NCBI RefSeq assembly: GCF_000017845.1
Contig: NC_010546.1
Coordinates: 4,140,001-4,172,000 of the forward strand
Source of the DNA: Crocosphaera subtropica ATCC 51142
GTDB lineage: Bacteria > Cyanobacteriota > Cyanobacteriia > Cyanobacteriales > Microcystaceae
Length of the DNA stretch: 32,000 bases
Direction of reading: 5' to 3'
Notes under the pieces: generated by a model
Databases searched by the model: none
Told to the model about the DNA's origin: nothing
The model's input: only the letters and a program-made list of their open reading frames with translations
Made by a program: the position numbers and the translations under genes
Shown: positions 9,480 to 20,809 of the stretch, piece after piece
Layout of the letters: each line of letters begins with the position of its first letter
Numbering within the stretch: position 1 is the stretch's first letter

Positions 9480-9775
9480 CATATACAATGTTTGATTGTG
9501 GCCAAAAGCTAGTTAATAGACCTTGGCTCAATATAACGGAAGCAAGCCGCTTCAAGATACTGAAGAGACTAAGCTTTAAGTCTTGGAGAGTCACGGCCAA
9601 ACCAACTTAACCCGTTGTCAAAAACAGGTTAAATCTATCGTTAACTGCCTATACTGAAATCGCCTAATGTGCAATTAGTGCGTATTCATAAAAACAAGCG
9701 AGGAAACACTATCTCGCACTTTTAGGGTGAGGAATCTCCCTAAAGAATGTTGTCTAGCCTATAGAGGAAAAAACC

Positions 9776-10414
9776 GTGGCTGTTGGTCTTCTTGGAACCA
9801 AACTCGGTATGACCCAAATCTTCGAGGAGGAATCAGGCCTTGCCATTCCTGTCACCGTTGTGCAAGCGGGTCCATGTACCATTACACAAATTAAAACCGC
9901 CGAAACCGATGGTTATAGTGCCATCCAAATCGGATATTTAGAAGTTAAAGAAAAAGCTCTAACCAAGCCAGAGTTAGGCCATTTAAAAAAAGTAGAAGCC
10001 TCACCCCTGCGTCATCTCAAAGAATATCGGGTTGATGATACGGCTACTTACACATTAGGAGAAGCGGTTAAAGCCGACATTTTCAATGCAGGGGATCTCG
10101 TTGACATTGCGGGAACCTCAATGGGGCGGGGATTTGCCGGTTATCAAAAACGCCATAACTTTAAACGAGGTTCTATGACCCACGGTTCTAAGAATCATCG
10201 TTTACCAGGATCAACTGGCGCAGGAACTACTCCAGGGCGGGTTTATCCAGGGAAAAAAATGGCCGGTCAATACGGTGCAGTTAAGACCACTACCCGCCAT
10301 TTACAAGTGGTCCGAGTAGATGCCGAACGCAACTTGTTACTCATTAAAGGAGCAGTGCCTGGAAAGCCAGGGGGTCTCTTAAATATTACCCCAGCTAAGA
10401 TCGTTGGTAAATAG
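9776..10414 (+). CDS. rplC: 50S ribosomal protein L3 (uL3)
   Basis: GTG start. [16 protein letters not shown] is the canonical uL3 N-terminus. It is the first gene of the cluster. Confidence 0.97.
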   Translation: MAVGLLGTKLGMTQIFEEESGLAIPVTVVQAGPCTITQIKTAETDGYSAIQIGYLEVKEKALTKPELGHLKKVEASPLRHLKEYRVDDTATYTLGEAVKADIFNAGDLVDIAGTSMGRGFAGYQKRHNFKRGSMTHGSKNHRLPGSTGAGTTPGRVYPGKKMAGQYGAVKTTTRHLQVVRVDAERNLLLIKGAVPGKPGGLLNITPAKIVGK

Positions 10415-10453
10415 AGACAAACCCATCACTAAACGAGAGATACATCAAGAACA

Positions 10454-11086
10454 ATGGTTGATTGTAACGTTAAAAACTGGCAAGGGGAAGAAGTTGGCCA
10501 AACTACCCTAGAGCTAAAAGTGGCTAAAGATGAAACAGCATCACACTTATTACACCGTGCTGTTGTGCGTCATCTAGCTAATGCTCGTCAAGGAAATGCT
10601 TCGACCAAAACCAGAGCAGAAGTTAGAGGGGGTGGCCGTAAACCCTGGCGACAAAAAGGAACTGGACGAGCCAGAGCCGGATCGATTCGTTCTCCTTTGT
10701 GGCGAGGAGGCGGTGTGATTTTTGGACCCAAACCGAGAGACTTTAGTCTAAAAATGAACCGTAAAGAAAGACGGTTAGCTCTTAGAACCGCCATCGGTAG
10801 CAGAGTTGAAGACATGATCGTCGTTGAAAACTTTGCTGAACAACTTCCTCAACCCAAAACAAAAGAACTCGCTTCAGCTTTAACCCGTTGGGGTGTAGAA
10901 CCAACCCAAAAAGTGGCTTTGGTGCTAGTAGAGACAGATGCAAACATTTATTTGTCAGCCCGAAATCTTTGTCATGTCAAGATTTTGCGAGCAGATAGCC
11001 TTAATGTTTACGATTTGCTCGATGCTGATAAAATCGTCATCACCTCCGAAGCCATCAGCAAAATTCAGGAGGTTTACAATGACTGA
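10454..11086 (+). CDS. rplD: 50S ribosomal protein L4 (uL4)
   Basis: 210 aa. Contains [30 protein letters not shown]. Confidence 0.97.
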
Positions 11087-11381
11087 ATATAATCCCCGTG
11101 ACCTAGCAGATTTAGTAATTAAGCCCATTATTACCGAAAAAGCGACCCTGCTGTTAGAACAGAATAAATATGTGTTTGACGTGTTACCTAAAGCCACCAA
11201 ACCAGAAATTAAAGCAGCGATCGAAAGTTTATTTGATGTCAAAGTAACAGGGGTGAACACCATTAAACCCCCTCGTAAAAAGCGTCGTGTGGGTCGATTT
11301 ATTGGTCATAAACCCTTATACAAACGGGCGATCATTACCCTAGAAGAAGGAGATACCATTAACCTCTTCCCTGACGTATAA
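11079..11381 (+). CDS. rplW: 50S ribosomal protein L23 (uL23)
   Basis: The true start is ATG 11079 ([22 protein letters not shown]). It overlaps the rplD stop within ATGACTGA. The 10938 start in the ORF track is an extension lying inside rplD. Confidence 0.95.
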
Positions 11382-11478
11382 CCTTGTTATCTGTCAAAGA
11401 ACAGGCAACTCAGTCATCTATAAAATCGGTGCATCATCAGGAAACGACTCATTAGCAGACCAAACCTAAAAGATAATC

Positions 11479-12306
11479 ATGGGTATTCGTACTTATCGGC
11501 CATACACTCCCGGAACCCGACAGGCATCTGTCTCAGATTTCGCGGATATTACTAAACCGAAGCCGGAAAAATCATTAACCACCTACAAACACAACAAGAA
11601 AGGCCGCAATAATCGAGGCGTTATTACCAGTCGTCATCGTGGTGGCGGCCATAAGCGGTTGTATCGCATTGTGGACTTTAAACGGGATAAATATGGCGTT
11701 CCTGCCAAAGTAGCAGCCATCGAATACGATCCCAATCGTAACGCCCGTATCGCTCTGTTGTTTTATCAAGACGGGGAAAAACGTTATATTTTAGCCCCTG
11801 CTGGTATTACAGTCGGCACAGAAGTTATCTCAGGGGAAGATTCCCCCTTTGAAGTCGGCAACGCCTTACCGCTATACAAAATTCCTTTAGGCACAGAAGT
11901 CCATAACATAGAATTAGTGGCTGGTAAAGGCGGTCAAATGGTACGGGCTGCCGGGGCTGCTGCTCAAGTGGTGGCAAAAGAAGGCGACTACGTTACTTTA
12001 AGACTCCCCTCCAAAGAAGTCCGCATGGTACGCAAAGAATGCTATGCCACCATTGGCCGCGTTGGGAATACCGAAGCCCGCAACATCAAACTCGGAAAAG
12101 CAGGCAGAACCCGTCATTTAGGGCGCAGACCCCATGTCAGAGGAAGCGTCATGAACCCGGTTGATCACCCCCACGGCGGAGGAGAAGGACGCGCCCCTGT
12201 TGGTAGAAGCGGACCGATGACCCCTTGGGGTAAACCAGCTTTAGGGGCAAAAACCCGAAATAAGAAAAAAGCTAGTTCTCGGCTAATTGTACGCCGTCGC
12301 CGTTAA
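11479..12306 (+). CDS. rplB: 50S ribosomal protein L2 (uL2)
   Basis: Contains [14 protein letters not shown] and [15 protein letters not shown]. Confidence 0.97.
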   Translation: MGIRTYRPYTPGTRQASVSDFADITKPKPEKSLTTYKHNKKGRNNRGVITSRHRGGGHKRLYRIVDFKRDKYGVPAKVAAIEYDPNRNARIALLFYQDGEKRYILAPAGITVGTEVISGEDSPFEVGNALPLYKIPLGTEVHNIELVAGKGGQMVRAAGAAAQVVAKEGDYVTLRLPSKEVRMVRKECYATIGRVGNTEARNIKLGKAGRTRHLGRRPHVRGSVMNPVDHPHGGGEGRAPVGRSGPMTPWGKPALGAKTRNKKKASSRLIVRRRR

Positions 12307-12331
12307 AACCATAGAGTCAGTTTAAATTATT

Positions 12332-12610
12332 ATGAGTCGCTCCCTAAAAAAAGGCCCTTTTATTGCAGATAGTCTCCTAACCAAGATTGAAAAGCTCAAC
12401 GAAAAAGGAGATAAACAGGTCATTAAAACCTGGTCAAGAGCTTCTACCATCATCCCTGCCATGATTGGTCATACCATTGCTGTCCATAATGGTAAACAGC
12501 ACGTTCCTATTTTTATCTCCGAACAGATGGTCGGTCATAAATTAGGAGAATTTGCCCCCACCCGTACCTTTAGAGGACACTCTAAGGGCGATAAAAAAGC
12601 CCGAAGATAG
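12332..12610 (+). CDS. rpsS: 30S ribosomal protein S19 (uS19)
   Basis: Contains [16 protein letters not shown] and [11 protein letters not shown]. Confidence 0.97.
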   Translation: MSRSLKKGPFIADSLLTKIEKLNEKGDKQVIKTWSRASTIIPAMIGHTIAVHNGKQHVPIFISEQMVGHKLGEFAPTRTFRGHSKGDKKARR

Positions 12611-12692
12611 AAAAAAGTAGGAGTCAAAAACAGGCAGTAGAAAATAATCTGCTACCTGTTCAAATAACAAGTTACAGATAGACACAAACATT

Positions 12693-13055
12693 ATGGCAGT
12701 TGATACAACCACAGAAGCCAAAGCCATCGCCCGTTATATTCGGATGTCCCCCTTTAAAGTAAGACGGGTACTCGATCAAATTAGAGGTCGTTCTTATCGG
12801 GAAGCCTTGATTATCCTCGAATTTATGCCCTATCGAGCCTGTGAGCCAATTTTAAAACTATTGCGCTCCGCTGTTGCCAACGCCGAACATAATCAAGGGC
12901 TTGATCCAACCACCTTAGTCGTTAGTCAAGCTTACGCAGATGGAGGACCAAGTTTAAGACGGTATCGACCCAGAGCGCAGGGACGGGCTTATCAAATCCG
13001 TAAACCTACCTGCCACATTACCATCGCCGTTGCCCCCCAAGTAGAAGACAACTAA
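12693..13055 (+). CDS. rplV: 50S ribosomal protein L22 (uL22)
   Basis: Contains [25 protein letters not shown]. Its position matches the conserved order. Confidence 0.96.
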   Translation: MAVDTTTEAKAIARYIRMSPFKVRRVLDQIRGRSYREALIILEFMPYRACEPILKLLRSAVANAEHNQGLDPTTLVVSQAYADGGPSLRRYRPRAQGRAYQIRKPTCHITIAVAPQVEDN

Positions 13056-13078
13056 CGACCTTAAGCACAAACAAAAAT

Positions 13079-13804
13079 ATGGGACAAAAAATACATCCAA
13101 TTGGTTTTCGTCTTGGCGTTACCAAAGAACATAAATCCTGTTGGTATGCCGATAAAAGACGCTATCCTGAACTATTACAAGAAGATTTAGCCATTCGGCA
13201 GCACGTTGAAAAAAATCTTAGTAATGCGGGGATTGCTGATATTCGGATCGAAAGAAAAGCCGATCAAATCGATCTTGCCATTCATACCGCTAGACCTGGG
13301 GTTGTGGTTGGAAGAGGGGGAAGCGGTATTGAACAGTTACGAACTGGTTTACAGCAAACCCTCGGCGAAAATCGTCAAATCCGCATTAATGTGATTGAAG
13401 TGTCACGGGTAGATGCTGATGCTGCTCTCATTGCTGAATATATTACCCAACAACTAGAACGACGGGTATCCTTTCGCCGTGTGGTTCGCCAAGCCATTCA
13501 ACGGGCCCAAAGGGCTGAGGTCAAAGGCATCAAAATTCAAGTGGGAGGGCGTTTAAACGGGGCTGAAATCGCACGGACTGAATGGGTTAGAGAAGGACGA
13601 GTCCCCTTACATACCCTCAGAGCCGATATTGACTATGCCTATCGGACTGCCCAAACCATTTACGGTATTTTAGGGGTTAAAGTTTGGGTCTTCAAAGGAG
13701 AGATTATTCCAGGACAAGACGAACAAGCTATGGCCGCTCCTGCACCGACTCCGAGAAAGAAACGGCGACCCCAACAATTTGAAGACCGTTCTAACGAAGA
13801 ATAA
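13079..13804 (+). CDS. rpsC: 30S ribosomal protein S3 (uS3)
   Basis: [13 protein letters not shown] at the N-terminus, then a KH-domain region ([12 protein letters not shown]). Confidence 0.97.
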   Translation: MGQKIHPIGFRLGVTKEHKSCWYADKRRYPELLQEDLAIRQHVEKNLSNAGIADIRIERKADQIDLAIHTARPGVVVGRGGSGIEQLRTGLQQTLGENRQIRINVIEVSRVDADAALIAEYITQQLERRVSFRRVVRQAIQRAQRAEVKGIKIQVGGRLNGAEIARTEWVREGRVPLHTLRADIDYAYRTAQTIYGILGVKVWVFKGEIIPGQDEQAMAAPAPTPRKKRRPQQFEDRSNEE

Positions 13805-13842
13805 GCAAAACGATTTAAGTTAAACCGTATCACTAACCACCC

Positions 13843-14262
13843 ATGTTAAGTCCTAGAAGAACGAAATTTCGTAAACAACAACGAGGGCGTATGAGAGGGC
13901 TGGCACACCGAGGCAGTACCCTCAACTTTGGGGAATATGCCCTCCAAGCTACTGAACCCTCCTGGATCACCTCTCGTCAAATCGAAGCAGCCCGTCGTGC
14001 CATGACCCGTTATATCAAAAGAGGGGGAAAAATTTGGATTCGGGTGTTCCCTGATAAGCCTGTGACCATGCGAGCAGCAGAAACTCGGATGGGGTCAGGA
14101 AAAGGCTCTCCAGAATACTGGGTAGCAGTGGTTAAACCAGGGCGGATTATGTTTGAATTGTCCGGCGTTGCTGAACCTGTTGCCCGTGAAGCTATGCGTC
14201 TGGCCGCTCAAAAACTTCCCATTAAAACTAAGTTTATTACGCGCCAAGAGGAGTACATCTAA
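13843..14262 (+). CDS. rplP: 50S ribosomal protein L16 (uL16)
   Basis: [19 protein letters not shown]. Confidence 0.97.
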   Translation: MLSPRRTKFRKQQRGRMRGLAHRGSTLNFGEYALQATEPSWITSRQIEAARRAMTRYIKRGGKIWIRVFPDKPVTMRAAETRMGSGKGSPEYWVAVVKPGRIMFELSGVAEPVAREAMRLAAQKLPIKTKFITRQEEYI

Positions 14263-14265
14263 ATC

Positions 14266-14502
14266 ATGGCATTACCCAAGATAGAAGAAGTAAGACAACT
14301 CAGCGATGAAGAACTGGCAGAAGAAATTATTGCCACCAAGCGCGAACTCTTTGATCTAAGGTTTCAGCAAGCCACTCGCCAGTTAGAAAACACCCACGAG
14401 TTTAAACATACCCGTCATCGCATGGCTCAATTATTAACCATAGAACGGGAAAGACAACTCAACATTAACCAATCATCATCTACGTCAGCAGAGGAGGCGT
14501 AA
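14266..14502 (+). CDS. rpmC: 50S ribosomal protein L29 (uL29)
   Basis: 78 aa. Contains [33 protein letters not shown]. It starts 4 nt after the rplP stop. Confidence 0.95.
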   Translation: MALPKIEEVRQLSDEELAEEIIATKRELFDLRFQQATRQLENTHEFKHTRHRMAQLLTIERERQLNINQSSSTSAEEA

Positions 14503-14509
14503 GCTAATT

Positions 14510-14752
14510 ATGGCCGTTAAAGAAAGAGTTGGGGTAGTGGTCAGCACCAAAATGGATAAAACCGCAGTCGTGGCCGTAGAAAACCGCTCCCCTCACCCCA
14601 AATACGGAAAGATCGTTGTGAAAACCAAAAAATTTAAAGCACACGATCCTGAAAACCAATGTCAAGAAGGCGATCGTGTTCGCATTCGTGAAACTCGCCC
14701 CCTCAGCAAAACCAAACGCTGGGAGATCAAGACCATTTTAACCGCTCATTAA
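14510..14752 (+). CDS. rpsQ: 30S ribosomal protein S17 (uS17)
   Basis: Contains [24 protein letters not shown] and [15 protein letters not shown]. Confidence 0.96.
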   Translation: MAVKERVGVVVSTKMDKTAVVAVENRSPHPKYGKIVVKTKKFKAHDPENQCQEGDRVRIRETRPLSKTKRWEIKTILTAH

Positions 14753-14769
14753 ATGACCCTATTACTACC

Positions 14770-15138
14770 GTGATTCAACAGCAAACCTATCTAAATGTCG
14801 CTGACAATAGCGGAGCCCGTAAACTGATGTGTTTAAGGGTTCTAGGCACTGGTAATTGTCGCTATGGAGAAATTGGGGATAAAATTGTTGCCGTTGTCAA
14901 AGATGCCCTCCCCAATATGCCTATTAAACGCTCTGATATTGTCACTGCCGTCATTGTAAGAACTCGTCAACCGGTCAATCGAGCCAGTGGCATGAGCATT
15001 CGTTTTGACGATAATGCTGCCGTCATTATTAATGCCGACGGTAACCCCAGAGGAACCCGTGTTTTTGGTCCAGTGGCCAGAGAATTAAGAGACAAAAGCT
15101 ACACCAAAATCGTATCTTTAGCACCGGAGGTACTCTAA
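14770..15138 (+). CDS. rplN: 50S ribosomal protein L14 (uL14)
   Basis: GTG start. [21 protein letters not shown]. Confidence 0.97.
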
Positions 15139-15140
15139 AC

Positions 15141-15488
15141 ATGAGCAAAAAAAAATCGCCTCAACGGTACAAAATGCACGTTAAAACAGGGGATACCATT
15201 CAAGTGATCTCAGGACGAGACAAAGGGAAAGTGGGAGAAGTTCTCAAAACCATCCCCACCACCAGTGAAGTCGTCGTTAAAGGAGTCAACGTCAAAACCA
15301 AGCACGTTAAACCCCAACAAGAAGGAGAATCAGGACAAATCGCCACCTTTGAAGCTCCTATTCATAGTTCTAACGTCATGTTGTACTCCACCAAAGAACA
15401 GGTGGCCAGCCGTATCAGTTATACCTTTACCGAAGAAGGTCGCAAAGTAAGAATGTTGAAAAAAACAGGGGAAATTATCGATTCTTAA
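15141..15488 (+). CDS. rplX: 50S ribosomal protein L24 (uL24)
   Basis: KOW motif [24 protein letters not shown]. It contains an in-frame A9 run at 15147-15155. Confidence 0.95.
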
Positions 15489-15635
15489 TTTCTTTTGTTT
15501 GAGAAGCAACAATCAACAGGGAATCATCAAAATTCAACCCATTCTTTCTTTGCTTCTATCACCAACACTAAAATTAACTCCAACCAACCTTAACCATGTT
15601 CCCCTGACCAAGCCCAGGGATGAGGAAAACTAATC

Positions 15636-16181
15636 ATGGCTCAACCGAGACTTAAAACTTTTTATCAAGAAACCATTGTTCCAAAACTGCAACAGCAGTT
15701 TAGTTACAGCAACATCCACCAAGTTCCCAAAATCGCCAAAATTACCATTAACAGAGGACTAGGGGAAGCATCCCAAAATGCCAAAGCCCTAGAATCTTCT
15801 ATTAGTGAATTAGAGACCATAACAGGACAAAAACCCGTTGTGACTCGCGCTAAAAAAGCGATCGCTGGTTTCAAAATCCGTGAAGGAATGCCCGTAGGAG
15901 TCATGGTGACCCTGCGCTCAGAAAAAATGTACGCTTTTCTTGATCGTCTAATTAACCTCGCTTTACCTCGGATTAGAGACTTTCGAGGCATTAGCCCCAA
16001 AAGTTTTGACGGAAGGGGTAACTACAGTCTTGGCATCCGTGAACAACTCATTTTTCCAGAAATTGATTACGACACCATCGATCAAATTCGGGGCATGGAT
16101 GTTTCTATTATTACCACAGCCCAGACTGATGAAGAAGGGCGTGCGTTACTCAAAGAAATGGGAATGCCCTTCCGTACCTAG
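15636..16181 (+). CDS. rplE: 50S ribosomal protein L5 (uL5)
   Basis: Contains [17 protein letters not shown] and [10 protein letters not shown]. Confidence 0.97.
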   Translation: MAQPRLKTFYQETIVPKLQQQFSYSNIHQVPKIAKITINRGLGEASQNAKALESSISELETITGQKPVVTRAKKAIAGFKIREGMPVGVMVTLRSEKMYAFLDRLINLALPRIRDFRGISPKSFDGRGNYSLGIREQLIFPEIDYDTIDQIRGMDVSIITTAQTDEEGRALLKEMGMPFRT

Positions 16182-16219
16182 TCAATCCCTTATTCAACAG
16201 GAGAAACTCATCAGCAATA

Positions 16220-16621
16220 ATGGCACCTAACGACATCATCTCAGATATGCTTACCCGTATCCGCAACGCCTGTGCGGTACGTCACCCCACCACTGTTGTT
16301 CCCACCACCAAAATGACTCGCAGTATTGCCCAAGTTCTCAAAGAAGAGGGCTTTATCGAGGGATTTGAAGAAGTGGGAGAAGGGGTGAAAAAACATCTTG
16401 TTATTTCCCTAAAATATAAGTCACGAGGCCGTCAACCTATCATCAACACCCTACAGAGGGTGAGCAAACCAGGGTTACGGGTCTACTCCAATCGGAAAGA
16501 CTTACCCCGTGTCTTAGGAGGCATTGGCATTGCCATTATTTCCACTTCCAAGGGAATTATGACCGACAGGGAAGCCCGTCGTCAAAACGTCGGAGGCGAA
16601 GTGCTTTGCTACGTTTGGTAG
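16220..16621 (+). CDS. rpsH: 30S ribosomal protein S8 (uS8)
   Basis: Contains [13 protein letters not shown] and GGEVLCYVW. It follows rplE directly, with no rpsN between them. Confidence 0.97.
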   Translation: MAPNDIISDMLTRIRNACAVRHPTTVVPTTKMTRSIAQVLKEEGFIEGFEEVGEGVKKHLVISLKYKSRGRQPIINTLQRVSKPGLRVYSNRKDLPRVLGGIGIAIISTSKGIMTDREARRQNVGGEVLCYVW

Positions 16622-16690
16622 CAAAACCTAGCTATTAGAGTATTTACCCCTTAGTAAGCACTCAGTGATCACAGATAACCCATAAAAAAA

Positions 16691-17230
16691 ATGTCTCGTA
16701 TTGGTAAAAAACCCATTCCCCTGCCCAATAAAGTCACCATCGACATAAAAGGGCAACACATCGCTGTCAAGGGACCAAAAGGTTCCCTAGAATTAGATTT
16801 GCCGTCAGAAGTGACCGTCAACCAAGAAGGAGAGACCGTTGAGGTTCAACGAGTTGATGATTCCCGTACTGCCCGTGAACGTCATGGACTGTTTCGTACC
16901 CTAGTGGCTAATATGATCCAAGGGGTTTCCCAAGGTTTTGAAAAACGCCTCAATATTCAAGGGGTTGGCTATCGGGCCCAAGCGCAGGGCAGCAAACTCA
17001 CCCTCAATGTAGGCTACAGTAAACCCGTTGAAATGACCATGCCCCAAGGCATCAATGTGGCCGTTGAAAACAATACCCAAGTGGTCGTTAGTGGTATCGA
17101 TAAAGAAATTGTCGGCAACATCGCTGCCAAAATTCGAGGAGTTCGTCCCCCAGAACCCTATAAAGGGAAAGGAATTCGTTATCAAGATGAATACGTCAGA
17201 CGCAAAGCAGGTAAGGCAGGTAAGAAATAA
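16691..17230 (+). CDS. rplF: 50S ribosomal protein L6 (uL6)
   Basis: [15 protein letters not shown]. Confidence 0.97.
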   Translation: MSRIGKKPIPLPNKVTIDIKGQHIAVKGPKGSLELDLPSEVTVNQEGETVEVQRVDDSRTARERHGLFRTLVANMIQGVSQGFEKRLNIQGVGYRAQAQGSKLTLNVGYSKPVEMTMPQGINVAVENNTQVVVSGIDKEIVGNIAAKIRGVRPPEPYKGKGIRYQDEYVRRKAGKAGKK

Positions 17231-17232
17231 TT

Positions 17233-17595
17233 ATGAAAACCACACGAAAAGAATCTTTAAAACGTCGTCATCGACGCATTCGCAGGAAAGTCAGTGGTAC
17301 CCCCGACTGTCCTCGCTTAGCGGTTTTTCGCTCCAATCATCATATCTATGCCCAAATTATTGATGATGTAGCACAACATACCTTGGCAGCCGCTTCTACC
17401 CTAGAACCAGACCTAAGAAACAGTCTTTCTTCGGGTGCAACCTGTGAAGCCTCGGCCGCCGTGGGCAAATTAGTGGCCGAAAGAGGTATGGCTAAAGGCA
17501 TCGAACAGGTGGTTTTTGATCGCGGTGGCAATTTATATCATGGTCGGGTCAAAGCTCTAGCAGACGCAGCCCGCGAAGCTGGATTACAGTTTTGA
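17233..17595 (+). CDS. rplR: 50S ribosomal protein L18 (uL18)
   Basis: Contains [27 protein letters not shown] and [24 protein letters not shown]. Confidence 0.97.
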   Translation: MKTTRKESLKRRHRRIRRKVSGTPDCPRLAVFRSNHHIYAQIIDDVAQHTLAAASTLEPDLRNSLSSGATCEASAAVGKLVAERGMAKGIEQVVFDRGGNLYHGRVKALADAAREAGLQF

Positions 17596-17637
17596 ATCAA
17601 ATCATTAATATTTTTCCTCAGTAATAAGGTAATTATT

Positions 17638-18159
17638 ATGGCAAAAAGTCGCAAAAGTAACCGAGATAAGTCAAAAGACAGCAACTGGCAAGAACGAGTC
17701 ATCCAAATTCGTCGTGTTAGTAAAGTGGTCAAAGGGGGTAAAAAATTAAGCTTCCGCGCCATTGTTGTGGTTGGCAATGAAAAAGGCCAAGTCGGTGTTG
17801 GTGTCGGTAAGGCCGGCGATGTTATCGGTGCCGTCCGTAAAGGGGTCGCTGATGGCAAAAAACAACTCATTGACGTTTCTTTAACTAAGTCCAGTTCCAT
17901 TACCCATGTGGCTAAAGGGGTATCCGGCGGAGCTAAAGTTATTGTTCGGCCTGCTGCCCCTGGTACGGGGGTAATTGCAGGGGGTGCAGTACGGACCGTT
18001 TTAGAACTAGCAGGACTGAAAAACATCTTGGCCAAGCAGTTAGGCTCAAATAATCCTCTTAACAACGCCAGAGCTGTAATTAATGCCCTCGAAGGCTTAC
18101 GCACTTTTTCAGAAGTCGCTCAAGAAAGAGGCGTACCTCTAGAGCATCTTTATACTTAA
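17638..18159 (+). CDS. rpsE: 30S ribosomal protein S5 (uS5)
   Basis: Contains [27 protein letters not shown] and [11 protein letters not shown]. Confidence 0.97.
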   Translation: MAKSRKSNRDKSKDSNWQERVIQIRRVSKVVKGGKKLSFRAIVVVGNEKGQVGVGVGKAGDVIGAVRKGVADGKKQLIDVSLTKSSSITHVAKGVSGGAKVIVRPAAPGTGVIAGGAVRTVLELAGLKNILAKQLGSNNPLNNARAVINALEGLRTFSEVAQERGVPLEHLYT

Positions 18160-18187
18160 ACTTTGTCTTTGATACTCAAAAAATCCT

Positions 18188-18664
18188 ATGAGAATACATG
18201 AAGTCAACCCCCAAAAAGGGTCAACTAAACGCCGTCGGCGCATTGGTCGGGGCATCTCCGCTGGTCAAGGGGCCAGTGGTGGCTTTGGAATGCGTGGACA
18301 AAAATCTCGCTCCGGTACTGGTACAAAAGCCGGGTTTGAAGGGGGACAAATGCCCCTCTATCGTCGGGTTCCTAAGTTAAAACATTTTCCCCTGGTTAAC
18401 CCTAGCCATTACACCATCATCAATGTGGGTAAACTCAATAGTTTATCTCCTAATACTGAAGTAACCTTAGAAAGCTTAATGGAAGTCGGGTTAATTACCA
18501 GTAATGATGGACCATTGAAAGTGTTAGGCAATGGTGAATTAACAGTTCCTTTGACCGTTAGAGCACCTAAATTTACTGCATCAGCTAAAGCCAAAATTGA
18601 AAGTGCAGGAGGCAGTTGTCAAGACTTATCAGATACCTCCAATGCCCCTAGCAATAACGAATAA
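18188..18664 (+). CDS. rplO: 50S ribosomal protein L15 (uL15)
   Basis: Contains [30 protein letters not shown]. It follows rpsE directly, with no rpmD between them. Confidence 0.96.
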   Translation: MRIHEVNPQKGSTKRRRRIGRGISAGQGASGGFGMRGQKSRSGTGTKAGFEGGQMPLYRRVPKLKHFPLVNPSHYTIINVGKLNSLSPNTEVTLESLMEVGLITSNDGPLKVLGNGELTVPLTVRAPKFTASAKAKIESAGGSCQDLSDTSNAPSNNE

Positions 18665-18762
18665 TGGATACTAACTTATGACCTCTCCCCCAGAGGAGAG
18701 GCCTAGTTTCTGAATTAAATGATTGGTTTCTTCTACAAACCCAAAAAAACGCATTAAACAAA

Positions 18763-18800
18763 ATTATCAATTATCAATTACTAATTATCAATTATTAATT
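18763..18800 (+). repeat. Imperfect heptamer tandem repeat ATTATCA (about 5.5 units) in the rplO-secY spacer
   Basis: ATTATCA ATTATCA ATTACTA ATTATCA ATTATTA ATT, read directly at 18763-18800. Confidence 0.85.
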
Positions 18801-18855
18801 GTTTGGTAAAATGTCAGCAATAATAAATCATCGTTGATCACTGAGGTTACCATTA

Positions 18856-20172
18856 ATGGTTGTCAGTCGAGAGAAAACACCTACAGCACAAGAAACCTTT
18901 TTACAAATGGCTCAAGCAGCCGGTCTGCGAGGGCGGTTGTTAATCACCATAGGTTTATTAATTTTAATTCGTTTTGGTATTTTTATTCCAATTCCTGGCA
19001 TTGATAGGGCTAAATTTGTTTCTGCTATTAGCAATAACCAAGTATTGGGATTTTTGGATATCTTCACCGGGGGTGGTATTTCTACATTGGGCATTTTTGC
19101 TCTAGGAATTCTTCCCTTTATTAATGCCTCGATTATCATGCAGTTATTAACGGCGGCCATTCCTTCTTTAGAAGATTTACAAAAAAATGAAGGAGAAGCC
19201 GGCAGACGAAAAATTTCCCAAATCACTCGTTATGTGGCCGCTGGATGGGCTGTTATTCAAAGTACAGCCATTACGGTGGGGTTATTACGGGAATATGCCC
19301 TGACCGATACGATTTGGTTTGTTCCAGAAACCGTTTTGGCGTTGACCGCTGGTTCCATGTTCGTCATGTGGGTATCAGAGTTAATTACAGAACGGGGGAT
19401 TGGTAATGGAGCTTCTTTGTTGATTTTTGTCAATATTGTCGCTAGTTTACCCAGAACCCTCGGACAAACCATTGATTATGCCCAAACTGGTGGCAGACAA
19501 GCCGTGGCACAAGTGGTTATCCTCTTGTTAGTGTTTTTAGTGATGATTGTTGGGATCGTTTTTGTTCAAGAAGGAACCCGACGCATCCCGATTATCTCAG
19601 CCCGTCGTCAGGTGGGACGGAAGCTTTACCGAGAAAGAACCAGCTACTTACCTCTTAGACTCAACCAAGGAGGGGTTATGCCCATTATTTTCGCCTCTGC
19701 GGTGTTGATTTTACCCCAATCCTTAGCCGGATTTTTTGGAGATGAAGGGCAATTTAGTCAAATCTTGATTCAAGTGGCTAACGCCTTACGTCCGGGTACT
19801 TGGGTTTATGTGGGGGTTTATTCTCTGTTAATCCTATTTTTTAGTTATTTCTATGCTTCTTTAATCGTTAATCCTGAAGATGTGTCGAAAAACTTGAAAA
19901 AAATGGGTTCTAGTATTCCTGGTATTCGTCCAGGGGAAAAAACCAAAGAATACCTAGAAGGGGTTTTGAACCGCTTGACCTTTTTAGGGGCTATCTTTTT
20001 GAGTTTTGTGGCTACTGTTCCTACTTTGGTGGAAGGGGCAACCGGCGTGACTACCTTCCGAGGGCTAGGGGCAACTTCTCTGCTCATTCTCGTCGGGGTA
20101 GCCATTGACACAGCCAAACAGATTCAAACCTATGTCATCTCTCAACGTTATGAGGGCATGATCAAACAATAA
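18856..20172 (+). CDS. secY: Preprotein translocase subunit SecY
   Basis: 438 aa and multi-pass. Contains GIFALGILPFINASIIMQLL and ISARRQVGRK. Its position after rplO is conserved. Confidence 0.96.
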   Translation: MVVSREKTPTAQETFLQMAQAAGLRGRLLITIGLLILIRFGIFIPIPGIDRAKFVSAISNNQVLGFLDIFTGGGISTLGIFALGILPFINASIIMQLLTAAIPSLEDLQKNEGEAGRRKISQITRYVAAGWAVIQSTAITVGLLREYALTDTIWFVPETVLALTAGSMFVMWVSELITERGIGNGASLLIFVNIVASLPRTLGQTIDYAQTGGRQAVAQVVILLLVFLVMIVGIVFVQEGTRRIPIISARRQVGRKLYRERTSYLPLRLNQGGVMPIIFASAVLILPQSLAGFFGDEGQFSQILIQVANALRPGTWVYVGVYSLLILFFSYFYASLIVNPEDVSKNLKKMGSSIPGIRPGEKTKEYLEGVLNRLTFLGAIFLSFVATVPTLVEGATGVTTFRGLGATSLLILVGVAIDTAKQIQTYVISQRYEGMIKQ

Positions 20173-20248
20173 ACTATCTGGGGAAAAGGAACTTGTGGTT
20201 GCTTTTCCCTACTCTCAACAGAGTCACTAATACAATAGCAACAAAATT

Positions 20249-20809
20249 ATGAGTACAGGGAAGGGATTAATTTTTTTGGGTCCTCCTGGTTCGGGGAAAG
20301 GAACCCAAGCCCAACAATTATCAAAAGAGTTTAATATTCCCCACATTTCTACGGGGGAAATGCTACGAGAAGCCATTGCCCAACAAACCCCCTTAGGACA
20401 AAAAGCCCAAACCTATGTAGATCAAGGGGAATTGGTGCCGGATGACTTATTGTTAGATTTAATTGAAGACCGATTAAATCAGGAAGATGCTCAAGAGGGC
20501 TGGATTTTAGATGGATTTCCTCGTAATGTTTCTCAAGCTGAATTTTTAGATAAATTACTTCATAAATTAGACAAGTTTTCCCCACAGGCGATTAACCTAG
20601 ACGTTCCCGATGAAGTGATTATTGATCGTCTGTTACTACGAGGGCGAAAAGATGATAATAAAGAGACGATTCGCCGTCGTTTAGATGTTTACCGAGAAAA
20701 AACCCAACCGGTTCTTGACTATTATCGCCAACATGACAAACTGTCTTCTATTGATGGTAACCGTGAATTACAAGAGGTGACCACAAGCCTTAAAGAAGTC
20801 GTGACTTAA
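20249..20809 (+). CDS. adk: Adenylate kinase (short LID type)
   Basis: P-loop GPPGSGKGTQ, plus ILDGFPRN and RGRKDDNKETIRRRL. Confidence 0.95.
   Translation: MSTGKGLIFLGPPGSGKGTQAQQLSKEFNIPHISTGEMLREAIAQQTPLGQKAQTYVDQGELVPDDLLLDLIEDRLNQEDAQEGWILDGFPRNVSQAEFLDKLLHKLDKFSPQAINLDVPDEVIIDRLLLRGRKDDNKETIRRRLDVYREKTQPVLDYYRQHDKLSSIDGNRELQEVTTSLKEVVT

Noticed and set aside
10938-11078. N-terminal extension of the rplW ORF (start 10938), and similarly 25678-25791 for rpmE and 26190-26207 for prfA
   Set aside because: The extensions overlap the preceding gene or start at TTG. The conserved protein N-termini begin at the internal ATGs (11079, 25792, 26208), which have better SD context.
17538-18104. 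188-aa minus-strand ORF (Pro/Ala/Thr/Leu-rich) antisense to rplR/rpsE
   Set aside because: It lies entirely within two highly conserved r-protein genes on the opposite strand. Its low-complexity composition is typical of a shadow ORF, and it has no SD or recognisable motif.
10588-20585. Numerous 60-105-aa alternative-frame or antisense ORFs inside r-protein genes, secY and adk (e.g. 10588-10815, 10955-11263, 11575-11769, 12542-12727, 13206-13394, 15265-15512, 15704-16000, 16006-16230, 16901-17185, 17055-17363, 17346-17531, 18198-18594, 18912-19472, 19851-20117, 20349-20585)
   Set aside because: Each is nested in a confidently identified conserved gene. They are shadow ORFs with no independent support.
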